In this document: in pieces, positions 25,731-32,740 of the stretch
Layout of the letters: every line of letters begins with the position of its first letter
How positions within the stretch are numbered: the stretch's first letter is position 1
Source: Acutalibacteraceae bacterium
GTDB taxonomy: Bacteria > Bacillota > Clostridia > Oscillospirales > Acutalibacteraceae
Assembly: GCA_051880535.1 (NCBI GenBank)
Contig: JBJEOD010000391.1
Coordinates: 1-32,740, forward strand
Length of the DNA: 32,740 nt
Direction of reading: 5' to 3'
Position numbers and translations under genes: made by a program
Notes under the pieces: model-generated
The model's input: the letters and a program-made list of their open reading frames with translations, nothing else
Told to the model about the DNA's origin: nothing
The model's database searches: none

Positions 25731-26399
25731 CTACTCCTTATAAAGTGAAAGCACGGAATTTAAAATATCCTCCGAAATTTCGTCTATTCCCCGGGGCTCG
25801 CCGTCCCTTGCGCAGGGAATAATCTCCCACCCCGAATAGTCCGCGGTAAAGAGAGCCGATTCGCGGCATTTGTTAAGATAATCCTTGTCGCTTTCGTGAA
25901 TATCCTTTTTGCCGCCGCCCTCGCCGTACCGCTTGTCAAGCAGCTTTTGCGAGACCTCCACGGGCATATCAAGGAAAATCACCCTGTCAGGCTTAGGTAT
26001 TCCTATTTTATTGTATTCAAAATCGTAAAGCCAGTCCAGAAAATCCTTCCAGTCACTTCTTTGGAGCTTTGAGGTCTGGTGAACGGCGTTGGAGGTGGTA
26101 TACCGCCCCGAAATTACCGTGCCGCCGCTTTTATAATATTCGCCCCACCCCGTTTTGTAGGAGGCGTACCTATCCACGGTGTAAAAGGAGGAGGCGGCAA
26201 AGGGGTTTACGTCGTCGGGTTTTGCTCCGAACTCGCCCCTTAAATACATTTTAACAAGGGCGCTTGAATCGTTTTCATAATCGGGAAAGGAGACCGTTTT
26301 GCAGTCCTTTCCCGCCTTTTCAAGCCGCTCCCCCAAAAGCTTAAGCTGGGTGGACTTGCCACTCCCGTCAAGCCCCTCTATTACTATAAGCTTACCCAT
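25731..26399 (-). CDS. tmk: Thymidylate (dTMP) kinase family protein
   Basis: P-loop IEGLDGSGKST and a DRY motif are present. The start is set at ATG 26399, overlapping the thyX stop by 8 nt; the ORF-track start 26465 is an extension into thyX. Confidence 0.8.
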   Translation of the reverse strand: MGKLIVIEGLDGSGKSTQLKLLGERLEKAGKDCKTVSFPDYENDSSALVKMYLRGEFGAKPDDVNPFAASSFYTVDRYASYKTGWGEYYKSGGTVISGRYTTSNAVHQTSKLQRSDWKDFLDWLYDFEYNKIGIPKPDRVIFLDMPVEVSQKLLDKRYGEGGGKKDIHESDKDYLNKCRESALFTADYSGWEIIPCARDGEPRGIDEISEDILNSVLSLYKE

Positions 26400-27165
26400 T
26401 TTTCTTAAGCTCCTTATAAAATTCGCGCACCTCGTCGGGCTTTCCGCAGGACATTTTGCCCTCACTGCAGCCGCCCCTTACGCAGGACGGACCCGCGTTT
26501 TTAAACAGGTTGGGGGCAACCTCGCTTACAAGGGCTAACATCTGGTTTGCAACGTCCTGTATCTCCCACTGGGCGCGGCGGCAGCACCGCACCTTAAAGA
26601 AATTCATAAGTGAGCGGGCGTTCATTGTAAGCACCATCTGGGTCTCGCAGGCGTTAGGCAGTACAAAGCGCGCGTCCTCGATTGCCTTTTTTTCCGCAAG
26701 GCGGGTGGCGGTCTTTTCGTCCTTGCCCTCAGCTAAAAAGGTTTTTATATGCTTTTCCTTTAATATGGCGGCAAGGCGGTCGTATTTTTCCTGATCCGCC
26801 GCCATTATCTCGTCGTATATCCTTTTAGCCTCCTCGTCACCGGCGATTTCGGGCGGGGTGACGTACTCGAAGCTGCCCTCCCTTACATACCGCTGGCTCT
26901 TTACCGAAAAGGACGCCATTCTGTGCCTTGTAATCTGGGCTAACAGCGAGCGGGATACACCCTCTATTCCAAAGGTAAAGCTTGCGTGCTCAATGGGGCT
27001 TTCGTGACCTATTTCCGAAAGCATTTCCACAAAGGACGCCGCCTTTTCGTCTGTCAAGCTGTCGTTTAAACCGTTTATGCTCGCACTGCTGTAGCACAGC
27101 TTTGCCGCCGCCGCAACCGTATGCTCGGGGTTCGGCGTGTGGGCTAAAAGAATAACGTTTGCCAT
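26392..27165 (-). CDS. thyX: FAD-dependent thymidylate synthase ThyX
   Basis: The ThyX motif RHRMASFSVKSQRY (RHRxxSxxxxSxR) is present; 257 aa. Confidence 0.93.
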   Translation of the reverse strand: MANVILLAHTPNPEHTVAAAAKLCYSSASINGLNDSLTDEKAASFVEMLSEIGHESPIEHASFTFGIEGVSRSLLAQITRHRMASFSVKSQRYVREGSFEYVTPPEIAGDEEAKRIYDEIMAADQEKYDRLAAILKEKHIKTFLAEGKDEKTATRLAEKKAIEDARFVLPNACETQMVLTMNARSLMNFFKVRCCRRAQWEIQDVANQMLALVSEVAPNLFKNAGPSCVRGGCSEGKMSCGKPDEVREFYKELKKNG

Positions 27166-27195
27166 CTTTTCGTCTCCGTTCTTAATATTATATCA

Positions 27196-27224
27196 ATTAT
27201 ATCAAATTAAATATATATTATCAA
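27196..27224 (-). promoter_or_regulatory. Near-consensus sigma-A promoter for thyX: -35 TTGATA, 17-bp spacer, extended -10 TGATATAAT
   Basis: Minus-strand reading gives TTGATA (27224-27219) and TG-A-TATAAT (27204-27196). The 9-mer TGATATAAT is tandemly duplicated (second copy 27195-27187). Confidence 0.5.
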
Positions 27225-27233
27225 TCAATTTTT

Positions 27234-27737
27234 TCAGAATTTGCGTATTTCAAGGCTTTTATCGTCGCCGCCCTTTATAATGCTCCTTATTACTATATAA
27301 TAGCTGTACTCGTCGCTTACCTTTACGCACACCCTGTCGCCCGCCTTTTTGCCCATAATCGCCTTCCCCATAGGCGATTCGCGGCTTATCAGCCTTTCAA
27401 GGGAGTTTTGCCTAAGGGAGGTTACTATCCTTACGCTTTCGGTCGCGTCGTCCTCCTCGACATAGTATTCCACCGTGTCGAACAGACCCACCTCGTCGGC
27501 TTTGCTTTCGGGGTGTATTATTTTGGCGGTCTTAATCATATTTCTAAGATACCTGATTCTGCTCTCGTTCCTGCCGCGCTCCCGCTTTGCGGCGTGGTAC
27601 TCGGCGTTCTCGCTTAAATCCCCGAAGCTCCTTGTGAACTTGACCTCCTCTAAAATTTGAGGTCTTACCACGGTAATGCGGTATTCAAGCTCCTCCTTCA
27701 TCTTATCTATATCAACCTGCGTTAATTCGTCGTACAT
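27234..27737 (-). CDS. greA: Transcription elongation factor GreA
   Basis: RPQILEEVKFTRSFGDLSENAEYHAAKRERGRNESRIRYL forms the coiled-coil finger with the conserved acidic tip. The start is set at ATG 27737 (AGGAAAGGA SD); ORF-track 27788 is an extension. Confidence 0.92.
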   Translation of the reverse strand: MYDELTQVDIDKMKEELEYRITVVRPQILEEVKFTRSFGDLSENAEYHAAKRERGRNESRIRYLRNMIKTAKIIHPESKADEVGLFDTVEYYVEEDDATESVRIVTSLRQNSLERLISRESPMGKAIMGKKAGDRVCVKVSDEYSYYIVIRSIIKGGDDKSLEIRKF

Positions 27738-27796
27738 TTTCTCATATCCTTTCCTGATAATTATAATCAACCGTGACGGAATTATCAAGTATACGC

Positions 27797-27825
27797 TTTA
27801 AATTTCCGTTTAGTTGTGTTAGAAT
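27797..27825 (+). promoter_or_regulatory. Possible promoter of the response regulator/kinase operon (TTTAAA, 17 bp, TGtTAGAAT)
   Basis: An extended -10 TG-n-TAGAAT lies at 27817-27825 and a weak -35 at 27797-27802, 22 nt upstream of ATG 27847. Confidence 0.3.
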
Positions 27826-27846
27826 AACAGAAAAGGGGAGTTTTTT

Positions 27847-28518
27847 ATGTTTAACATTTTTCTTGTGGAGGACGATCCCGTGATTTCGGGCGCGATAAAG
27901 GGTCACCTTGAAGCCTGGGGCTATAGGGTTTATGCCGCCGAGGATTTTAAAAATATAACCGAGCAGCTTGCAAGGGTAAGCCCCCAGCTTGTCCTGCTGG
28001 ATATTTCCCTGCCCTTTTTCAGCGGGTACTACTGGTGTAAGGAAATACGGAAGCTCTCAACCGTGCCGATAATCTTTATTTCCTCGGCTTCCGATAATAT
28101 GAATATCGTAATGGCGGTCAATATGGGCGGGGACGATTTTTTGGCAAAGCCCTTTGATTTAAGCGTTCTGCTGGCAAAGGTTCAGGCGGTATTGCGCCGT
28201 ACCTACGATTTCGCGGGGCAGTCGGAGCTTATCGCCCACAAGGGGGCGGTATTAAATAAGGACGACAACACCCTTGCGGCGGGCGGCAAGCAGATACCCC
28301 TTACCAAAAACGAATACAGGATACTTCTCTCCCTTATGGAGAAAAAGGGGCAAATCGTCTCCCGCGAGGCGCTTATGGAGCGGCTTTGGGAGACCGACAG
28401 CTTTGTGGACGAAAACACCCTTACGGTAAACGTTACAAGACTTCGCAAAAAGCTTGAGGGCGCGGGGCTTAAGGGCTTTATCACAACCAAAAAGGGTATA
28501 GGATATATGGTGGAATAA
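27847..28518 (+). CDS. OmpR-family response regulator (BceR-like)
   Basis: A receiver domain (LVEDD...LLDISLP) is followed by a winged-helix output domain (LTKNEYRILLSL...TVNVTRLRKKL). It is genetically linked to a BceS-like kinase and a BceAB-like transporter. Confidence 0.9.
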   Translation: MFNIFLVEDDPVISGAIKGHLEAWGYRVYAAEDFKNITEQLARVSPQLVLLDISLPFFSGYYWCKEIRKLSTVPIIFISSASDNMNIVMAVNMGGDDFLAKPFDLSVLLAKVQAVLRRTYDFAGQSELIAHKGAVLNKDDNTLAAGGKQIPLTKNEYRILLSLMEKKGQIVSREALMERLWETDSFVDENTLTVNVTRLRKKLEGAGLKGFITTKKGIGYMVE

Positions 28519-29526
28519 ATGAAATACATAAAATCAAAGCTGCCAGAAATTATCGCTTTTACCGCCGCGGCGGCGGTGTTTTACGCCGTAATCGCCCTAT
28601 ATAGATTAAAGGCTGACGCCGTGCTTTACGCCGCTTTGCTGTCGCTTTTGATTCTTATTCCCTTTTTTGCGTACAAAGCCTTTTCAAATTATAAAAAGCG
28701 CAAAAGGCTTGACTGTCTTATTAAAAACGGCGGCGCGAATTTATCAGAAAAAGGGGCGCTCCCCGAAACGAACGACCAAACAGAGCTATGCTATCAGAAT
28801 TTAATACGGCTTATATACTCCCAAAAACAGCGGGCGGAGTCGGATTTTATTGCAAAGCGCCGCGACACCGAGGACTACTACACCCTTTGGGCGCACCAGA
28901 TTAAAACCCCTATAGCCGCAATGAGGCTGTTGCTTGCGGGCAGGGACGACGGCGATTTCCGCGAATGTGAGGCTGAGCTTTTTAAAATCGAGCAGTATGT
29001 CGAAATGGCGCTCGGCTTTTGTCGGCTTGAAAGTGAGAGCGGCGATTACCTTTTTAAAAGCTATGACATTGACCCTATTGTAAAGGGAGCGGTGAAAAAG
29101 TTTTCAAAGCAGTTTATTTTAAAAAAGCTGGCGCTTGACCTTAAGGAAACGGGCATTGTCGCCGTAACCGACGAAAAGTGGCTTTCCTTTGTGATAGAGC
29201 AGATAATCTCAAACGCGCTTAAATACACTAAAAAGGGCTGTATCTCGGTCTACGGCGAGGGGCAGACCCTATGTATCAGCGATACGGGCATAGGTATCGC
29301 AAGCGAGGATTTGCCGAGAATTTTTGAAAAGGGCTATACGGGCTGTAACGGCAGAACCGACAAAAAGGCGACAGGCTTAGGGCTTTACCTTTCAAAGCGC
29401 ATAACCGATAAATTAGGTCACGGCTTAAGCGTTTCCTCCTCGCAAAACGGCACCACCGTTAAAATCGACCTTTCAAGGAAGAAAATAAGTATTAGCGATT
29501 TATGCTTTTCGCCATCTGACATTTAA
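28519..29526 (+). CDS. Intramembrane-sensing histidine kinase (BceS-like)
   Basis: Two N-terminal TM helices are joined by a loop of only a few residues. It has the H-box WAHQIKTPIAAM and an HATPase_c domain (SNALKYT, DTGIGI, GLGLYL). The start codon abuts the regulator stop. Confidence 0.9.
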   Translation: MKYIKSKLPEIIAFTAAAAVFYAVIALYRLKADAVLYAALLSLLILIPFFAYKAFSNYKKRKRLDCLIKNGGANLSEKGALPETNDQTELCYQNLIRLIYSQKQRAESDFIAKRRDTEDYYTLWAHQIKTPIAAMRLLLAGRDDGDFRECEAELFKIEQYVEMALGFCRLESESGDYLFKSYDIDPIVKGAVKKFSKQFILKKLALDLKETGIVAVTDEKWLSFVIEQIISNALKYTKKGCISVYGEGQTLCISDTGIGIASEDLPRIFEKGYTGCNGRTDKKATGLGLYLSKRITDKLGHGLSVSSSQNGTTVKIDLSRKKISISDLCFSPSDI

Positions 29527-29553
29527 CCAAAATTGCAACCCAGTTTACGCTCA

Positions 29554-29630
29554 TGCCGCGCGGCACCCCATTTCTGTGCGGACAGAAATGGGGGAAAGAG
29601 CCGTCGGACACCCTTTCGATTGGGTTTCCG
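29554..29630. repeat. Cluster of three consecutive stable hairpins (REP/BIME-like, or a small structured RNA)
   Basis: The first is the 12-nt palindrome TGCCGCGCGGCA (29554-29565). The second is a perfect 12-bp stem CCCCATTTCTGT/ACAGAAATGGGG with a GCGG loop (29566-29593). The third is a 9-bp stem with 1 mismatch, CGGACACCC/GGGTTTCCG (29605-29630). No U-tract follows any of them. Confidence 0.6.
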
Positions 29631-29701
29631 AACCTTCCTGAACGACAAAAGGCGTTCCCCCTTTTGAATCCCCCCTTGTTCCCACATAGTCTTATAATAA
29701 A

Positions 29702-29766
29702 ACCGTAGGTCGGGGCTTGCTCCCGCCGTTGTCTACAGTCTAATATCTAAAATCTAAAATCTACCT
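29702..29766 (+). repeat. Intergenic repeat, copy B: GC hairpin module plus five phased heptads TCTACAG-TCTAATA-TCTAAAA-TCTAAAA-TCTACCT
   Basis: The hairpin part is homologous to 16782-16812. The heptad part (29732-29766) matches 19313-19347 in reverse complement. Confidence 0.75.
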
Positions 29767-29774
29767 TTCAAAAA

Positions 29775-29839
29775 TGTAAGCTTTATTCCTCTTATTGTAA
29801 GGCAAAGCTATGGATTGCGGGTTAAATAAGAGCTATAAT
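29775..29839 (+). promoter_or_regulatory. Candidate regulator-dependent promoter of the ABC transporter: direct repeats TGTAAG (29775-29780, 29796-29801), weak -35 TGGATT, -10 TATAAT (29834-29839)
   Basis: Hexamers repeated 21 bp apart lie just upstream of a promoter with a perfect -10 and a poor -35 at 17-bp spacing. That layout is typical of OmpR-family activated promoters. Confidence 0.4.
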
Positions 29840-29900
29840 TAAGTACAGTCAGGCGTGACGGGTTCAACTCTCGTCAGCCTAAACGATTGGAGGAATAACA

Positions 29901-30668
29901 ATGCCTGTATTAGAGGTAAACAATCTTAAAAAGGTATACACCACCCGCTTAGGCGGCAGCCGCGTCGAGGCGCTTAAAAACGTCGGCTTTTCGGTCGAGG
30001 AGGGCGAGTACGTTGCGATTATGGGGGAATCGGGCTCGGGAAAAACCACCCTTTTAAATATTTTAGCCGCGCTGGACAGACCCACCTCGGGCGAGGTAAA
30101 GCTTTCGGGGCGGGATATAACCCGTATTAAGGACAGCGAAATCACAAAATTCCGCCGTGAAAACTTAGGCTTTGTGTTTCAGGATTTTAATCTGCTTGAC
30201 ACCTTTTCGGTTGAGGACAACATTTTTCTGCCCCTTGTGCTTTCGGGCAGACGGTTCCCCGAAATGCAAAGACTGCTTGTGCCGCTGGCAAGAAAGCTCC
30301 AGATTACCGATATTTTAAAGAAATACCCCTACGAAATTTCGGGCGGGCAAAAGCAGCGCGCGGCGGTGGCGAGGGCGGTTATTACAAATCCCCGCATAAT
30401 TCTTGCCGACGAGCCTACGGGCGCCCTTGATTCAAAGGCTTCCGACCGTCTTTTGGAGCTTTTTTCCGCGCTTAATAACGAGGGTCAGACCATTTTGATG
30501 GTGACCCACTCCGCAAAGGCGGCAAGCCACGCAAAGCGGGTGCTTTTTATCAAGGACGGGACGGTTTTCCATCAGCTTTACAGGGCTAATATGACAAACG
30601 ATCAGCTCTATTCAAAAATATCCGATACCCTTACGGTAATAATGGCGGGCGGTGAGGAAAATGCGTAG
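29901..30668 (+). CDS. ABC transporter ATP-binding protein (BceA/MacB-type)
   Basis: It has the Walker A GESGSGKTT, signature ISGGQKQR, Walker B ILADEPTGALD and an H-loop VTHS. A GGAGG SD precedes ATG 29901. Confidence 0.93.
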   Translation: MPVLEVNNLKKVYTTRLGGSRVEALKNVGFSVEEGEYVAIMGESGSGKTTLLNILAALDRPTSGEVKLSGRDITRIKDSEITKFRRENLGFVFQDFNLLDTFSVEDNIFLPLVLSGRRFPEMQRLLVPLARKLQITDILKKYPYEISGGQKQRAAVARAVITNPRIILADEPTGALDSKASDRLLELFSALNNEGQTILMVTHSAKAASHAKRVLFIKDGTVFHQLYRANMTNDQLYSKISDTLTVIMAGGEENA

Positions 30669-32646
30669 CTTATTCTTTCCCCGCCTTGCCTTTCAGAATA
30701 TAATCAAAAACCGCCGTTTTTATTTCCCTTATTTTATAACCTGCCTGTTTTCGGTCCTGATGTTTTATAACCTTATGTTTATCACAAACAACAAGGGACT
30801 TTCCGAAATGCGGGGCGGCGAGGAGGTACAGGCGTATCTGGGGCTGGGCAAATGGGTTGTCGCAATTTTTGCCTGCATTTTTCTCTTTTACACCAACAGC
30901 TTTCTGGTGAAAAGCCGCAAAAAGGAGCTGGGGCTTTACAACATTCTCGGAATGTCAAAGTCCAACCTTGCGCATATGCTTCTCTGGGAGAGCCTTTATA
31001 CCGCCCTCTTTACCCTTGCGGCGGGGCTGGGGCTGGGCATTATATTAAGCAAGCTTTTGCTTTTACTGCTCTGCTATATACTCGGCTTTGAAATACCCAT
31101 AACCTTTGGAGTGTCGCCTGCTTCGGTTTTAACAACCCTCCTGCTTTTTTCAGCGATTTTCCTTGTAACCCTTTGCTACAACCTTTTCTGCATACGGCTT
31201 ACAAGACCCGTTGAGCTGTTAAAGGGCGGCAATGTGGGCGAAAAGGAGCCAAAGGCAAATTTTGTCTCGGCGATACTCGGCTTTTTAAGCCTCGGCGCGG
31301 GGTATTCTATCGCCCTTTTGGTCGAGGACCCTGTCTCGGCGGCGGTCTGGTTCTTCGCGGCGGTTCTGCTTGTAATCTTCGGCACCTATCTGATCTTTAT
31401 TTCGGGAAGTATCGCGGTGTTAAAGCTGCTCAGAAAAAACAAGCGCTATTACTACAAGCCTAAAAATTTCACGGCGGTCTCGGGTATGCTTTACCGTATG
31501 AAGCAGAACGCCGCGGGGCTTGCAAGCATCTGTATTCTCTCAACAATGGTGCTGGTGATGATTTCAAGCACCGTCTGCCTTAATTTCGGGGTGGAGGATA
31601 TACTCAAAAAGCGGGTCCCCAACGATATTACCGTAATCTATGTTTCAGAGGACGGTCAGGACAGTGCGGACGCGGTCTTCAACGCGGCGGAGGGCGCGAT
31701 TAATGACAGCGGGCTTGAAATAACAAACCGCCGCCGATTTGATTTGCTTGATTTTATAACGGTTCGCCGTGAAAATGATTTCAGCCTTTATACCCCGGGT
31801 GAGAACGTTTCGGCGCTTAAGGCGTGCGCGATTGCCGCCGTTCCGCAGGACAGCTACAACGGCTTTGCAAAAAAGACCGCCGATTTAAAGGACGGCGAGG
31901 CTCTGGGGATTTTCTCTGACGGCGAAAGCTTACCCGACAAAATAACCGTGGCGGGGGTTAGCCTTACCCTGTCTCCCGCCGAGAAAATGCCCGCCTCTGC
32001 CGAGCTTTCCACCTATTCAACCCCCGTGCTTTACCTTGTTGTAAACGACGGCGAATTTGAGCGCCTTAACCAAACGCAGATGGAGCACGGCGGCGAGAAC
32101 GCAAGCCGTCTTAAATGCGAAACGGGCTTTGATATAAGGGGCACGGCGGAGGAAAAAATCGCCTGCTACAACCGCGTTGACGCCGCCCTGCGCGAAAGAA
32201 CCGACGCGTATACAAGGGTGCAGTCCCGCGATTTATCCCGCGGTGAATTTAACGCATCCTACGGTGGGCTCTTCTTTATCGGAATATTTTTAGGTATCCT
32301 CTTTATCGGCTTTACCGCCCTTATAATCTACTACAAGCAGATTTCCGAAGGGTTTGAAGACCGCCGCCGCTATCAGATAATGCAAAAGGTCGGAATGTCG
32401 GAAAAGGAGGTAAAGCGGTCGATTAATTCTCAGGTTTTAAAGGTATTCTTTCTGCCGCTTGCCGCCGCGGCGGTCCATCTCGCCTTTGCCTATAAAATCA
32501 TAAGGAATATACTTCTGCTCTTCGGTATGACAAACGGCGGGCTGTTTATCGCCTGCATTGCGGGTACGGTAGCCCTTTTCGCGGCGGTCTATTTCCTTAT
32601 TTATTACCTTACCGCGAAGGTTTATTTTAAAATCGTAAATGCGTAG
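30661..32646 (+). CDS. ABC transporter permease, FtsX-domain, BceB-type (10 TM with a large extracellular domain)
   Basis: About 660 aa with two FtsX-like 4-TM bundles flanking a hydrophilic domain of about 200 aa (roughly aa 310-540). The start is either ATG 30661 or GTG 30652, overlapping the ATPase stop. Confidence 0.9.
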   Translation: MRSLFFPRLAFQNIIKNRRFYFPYFITCLFSVLMFYNLMFITNNKGLSEMRGGEEVQAYLGLGKWVVAIFACIFLFYTNSFLVKSRKKELGLYNILGMSKSNLAHMLLWESLYTALFTLAAGLGLGIILSKLLLLLLCYILGFEIPITFGVSPASVLTTLLLFSAIFLVTLCYNLFCIRLTRPVELLKGGNVGEKEPKANFVSAILGFLSLGAGYSIALLVEDPVSAAVWFFAAVLLVIFGTYLIFISGSIAVLKLLRKNKRYYYKPKNFTAVSGMLYRMKQNAAGLASICILSTMVLVMISSTVCLNFGVEDILKKRVPNDITVIYVSEDGQDSADAVFNAAEGAINDSGLEITNRRRFDLLDFITVRRENDFSLYTPGENVSALKACAIAAVPQDSYNGFAKKTADLKDGEALGIFSDGESLPDKITVAGVSLTLSPAEKMPASAELSTYSTPVLYLVVNDGEFERLNQTQMEHGGENASRLKCETGFDIRGTAEEKIACYNRVDAALRERTDAYTRVQSRDLSRGEFNASYGGLFFIGIFLGILFIGFTALIIYYKQISEGFEDRRRYQIMQKVGMSEKEVKRSINSQVLKVFFLPLAAAAVHLAFAYKIIRNILLLFGMTNGGLFIACIAGTVALFAAVYFLIYYLTAKVYFKIVNA

Positions 32647-32740
32647 CGGCTTAAATTTCCCGCATTGCACTGCTTACAAAAAAGTTTCTATTGCGAATGT
32701 TGGGGCATTTCTGGCCCCGCAAGCCTCACGGGGGCTGTCG

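Noticed and set aside
29523-29687. 54-aa minus-strand ORF (MWEQGGIQKGERLLSFRKVRKPNRKGVRRLFPPFLSAQKWGAARHERKLGCNFG) in the kinase-transporter spacer
   Set aside because: It has no SD and a highly basic low-complexity product, and the frame is built from the hairpin/palindrome cluster and G/C tracts. It is more parsimoniously non-coding repeat DNA.
32702-32718. Short hairpin GGGGC-ATTTCTG-GCCCC after the permease gene, sharing CATTTCTG with the 29566 hairpin
   Set aside because: It has only a 5-bp stem and an 8-nt shared word, and it sits at the window edge. That is too little sequence to call it a repeat copy or a terminator.

Overview
This window is the chromosomal replication-origin neighbourhood of a spore-forming, Clostridia-like Firmicute. 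Sampled core lines are about 50-55% GC. The left part is a minus-strand core block: rarA (partial), then spoVB on the plus strand, tadA, a membrane protein, a CPBP protease, gyrA, gyrB, remB (DUF370), recF, yaaA (S4), dnaN, an oriC-like spacer and dnaA. Divergent from dnaA are gpr and spoIIP (+). Next comes greA and a very tightly packed 10-gene minus-strand array: thyX, tmk, DJ-1, mltG, U32, trkA, trkH, a ycxB-like gene and the TIGR03960/TIGR03936 radical SAM pair. The window ends with a BceRS/BceAB-type peptide-antibiotic sensing and efflux module (+). I saw no rRNA, tRNA, CRISPR array, transposase or integrase, and most of the window is ordinary housekeeping DNA. The only clearly accessory DNA is a ~0.8 kb AT-rich islet (2540-3300). 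It carries a DUF2493/YAcAr-type SLOG gene divergently paired with an XRE regulator across a palindromic operator region, and it is my best candidate for an uncharacterised small system. Other points worth a second look are listed below.
- An unannotated secreted-peptide sORF after spoIIP that lacks a canonical start codon.
- A three-copy intergenic repeat family built from a GC hairpin plus phased TCTAANN heptads.
- A cluster of three stable hairpins after the histidine kinase.
- A DnaA-box-poor origin with a non-canonical dnaA upstream flank.
- Atypical quinolone-pocket residues in GyrA and GyrB.
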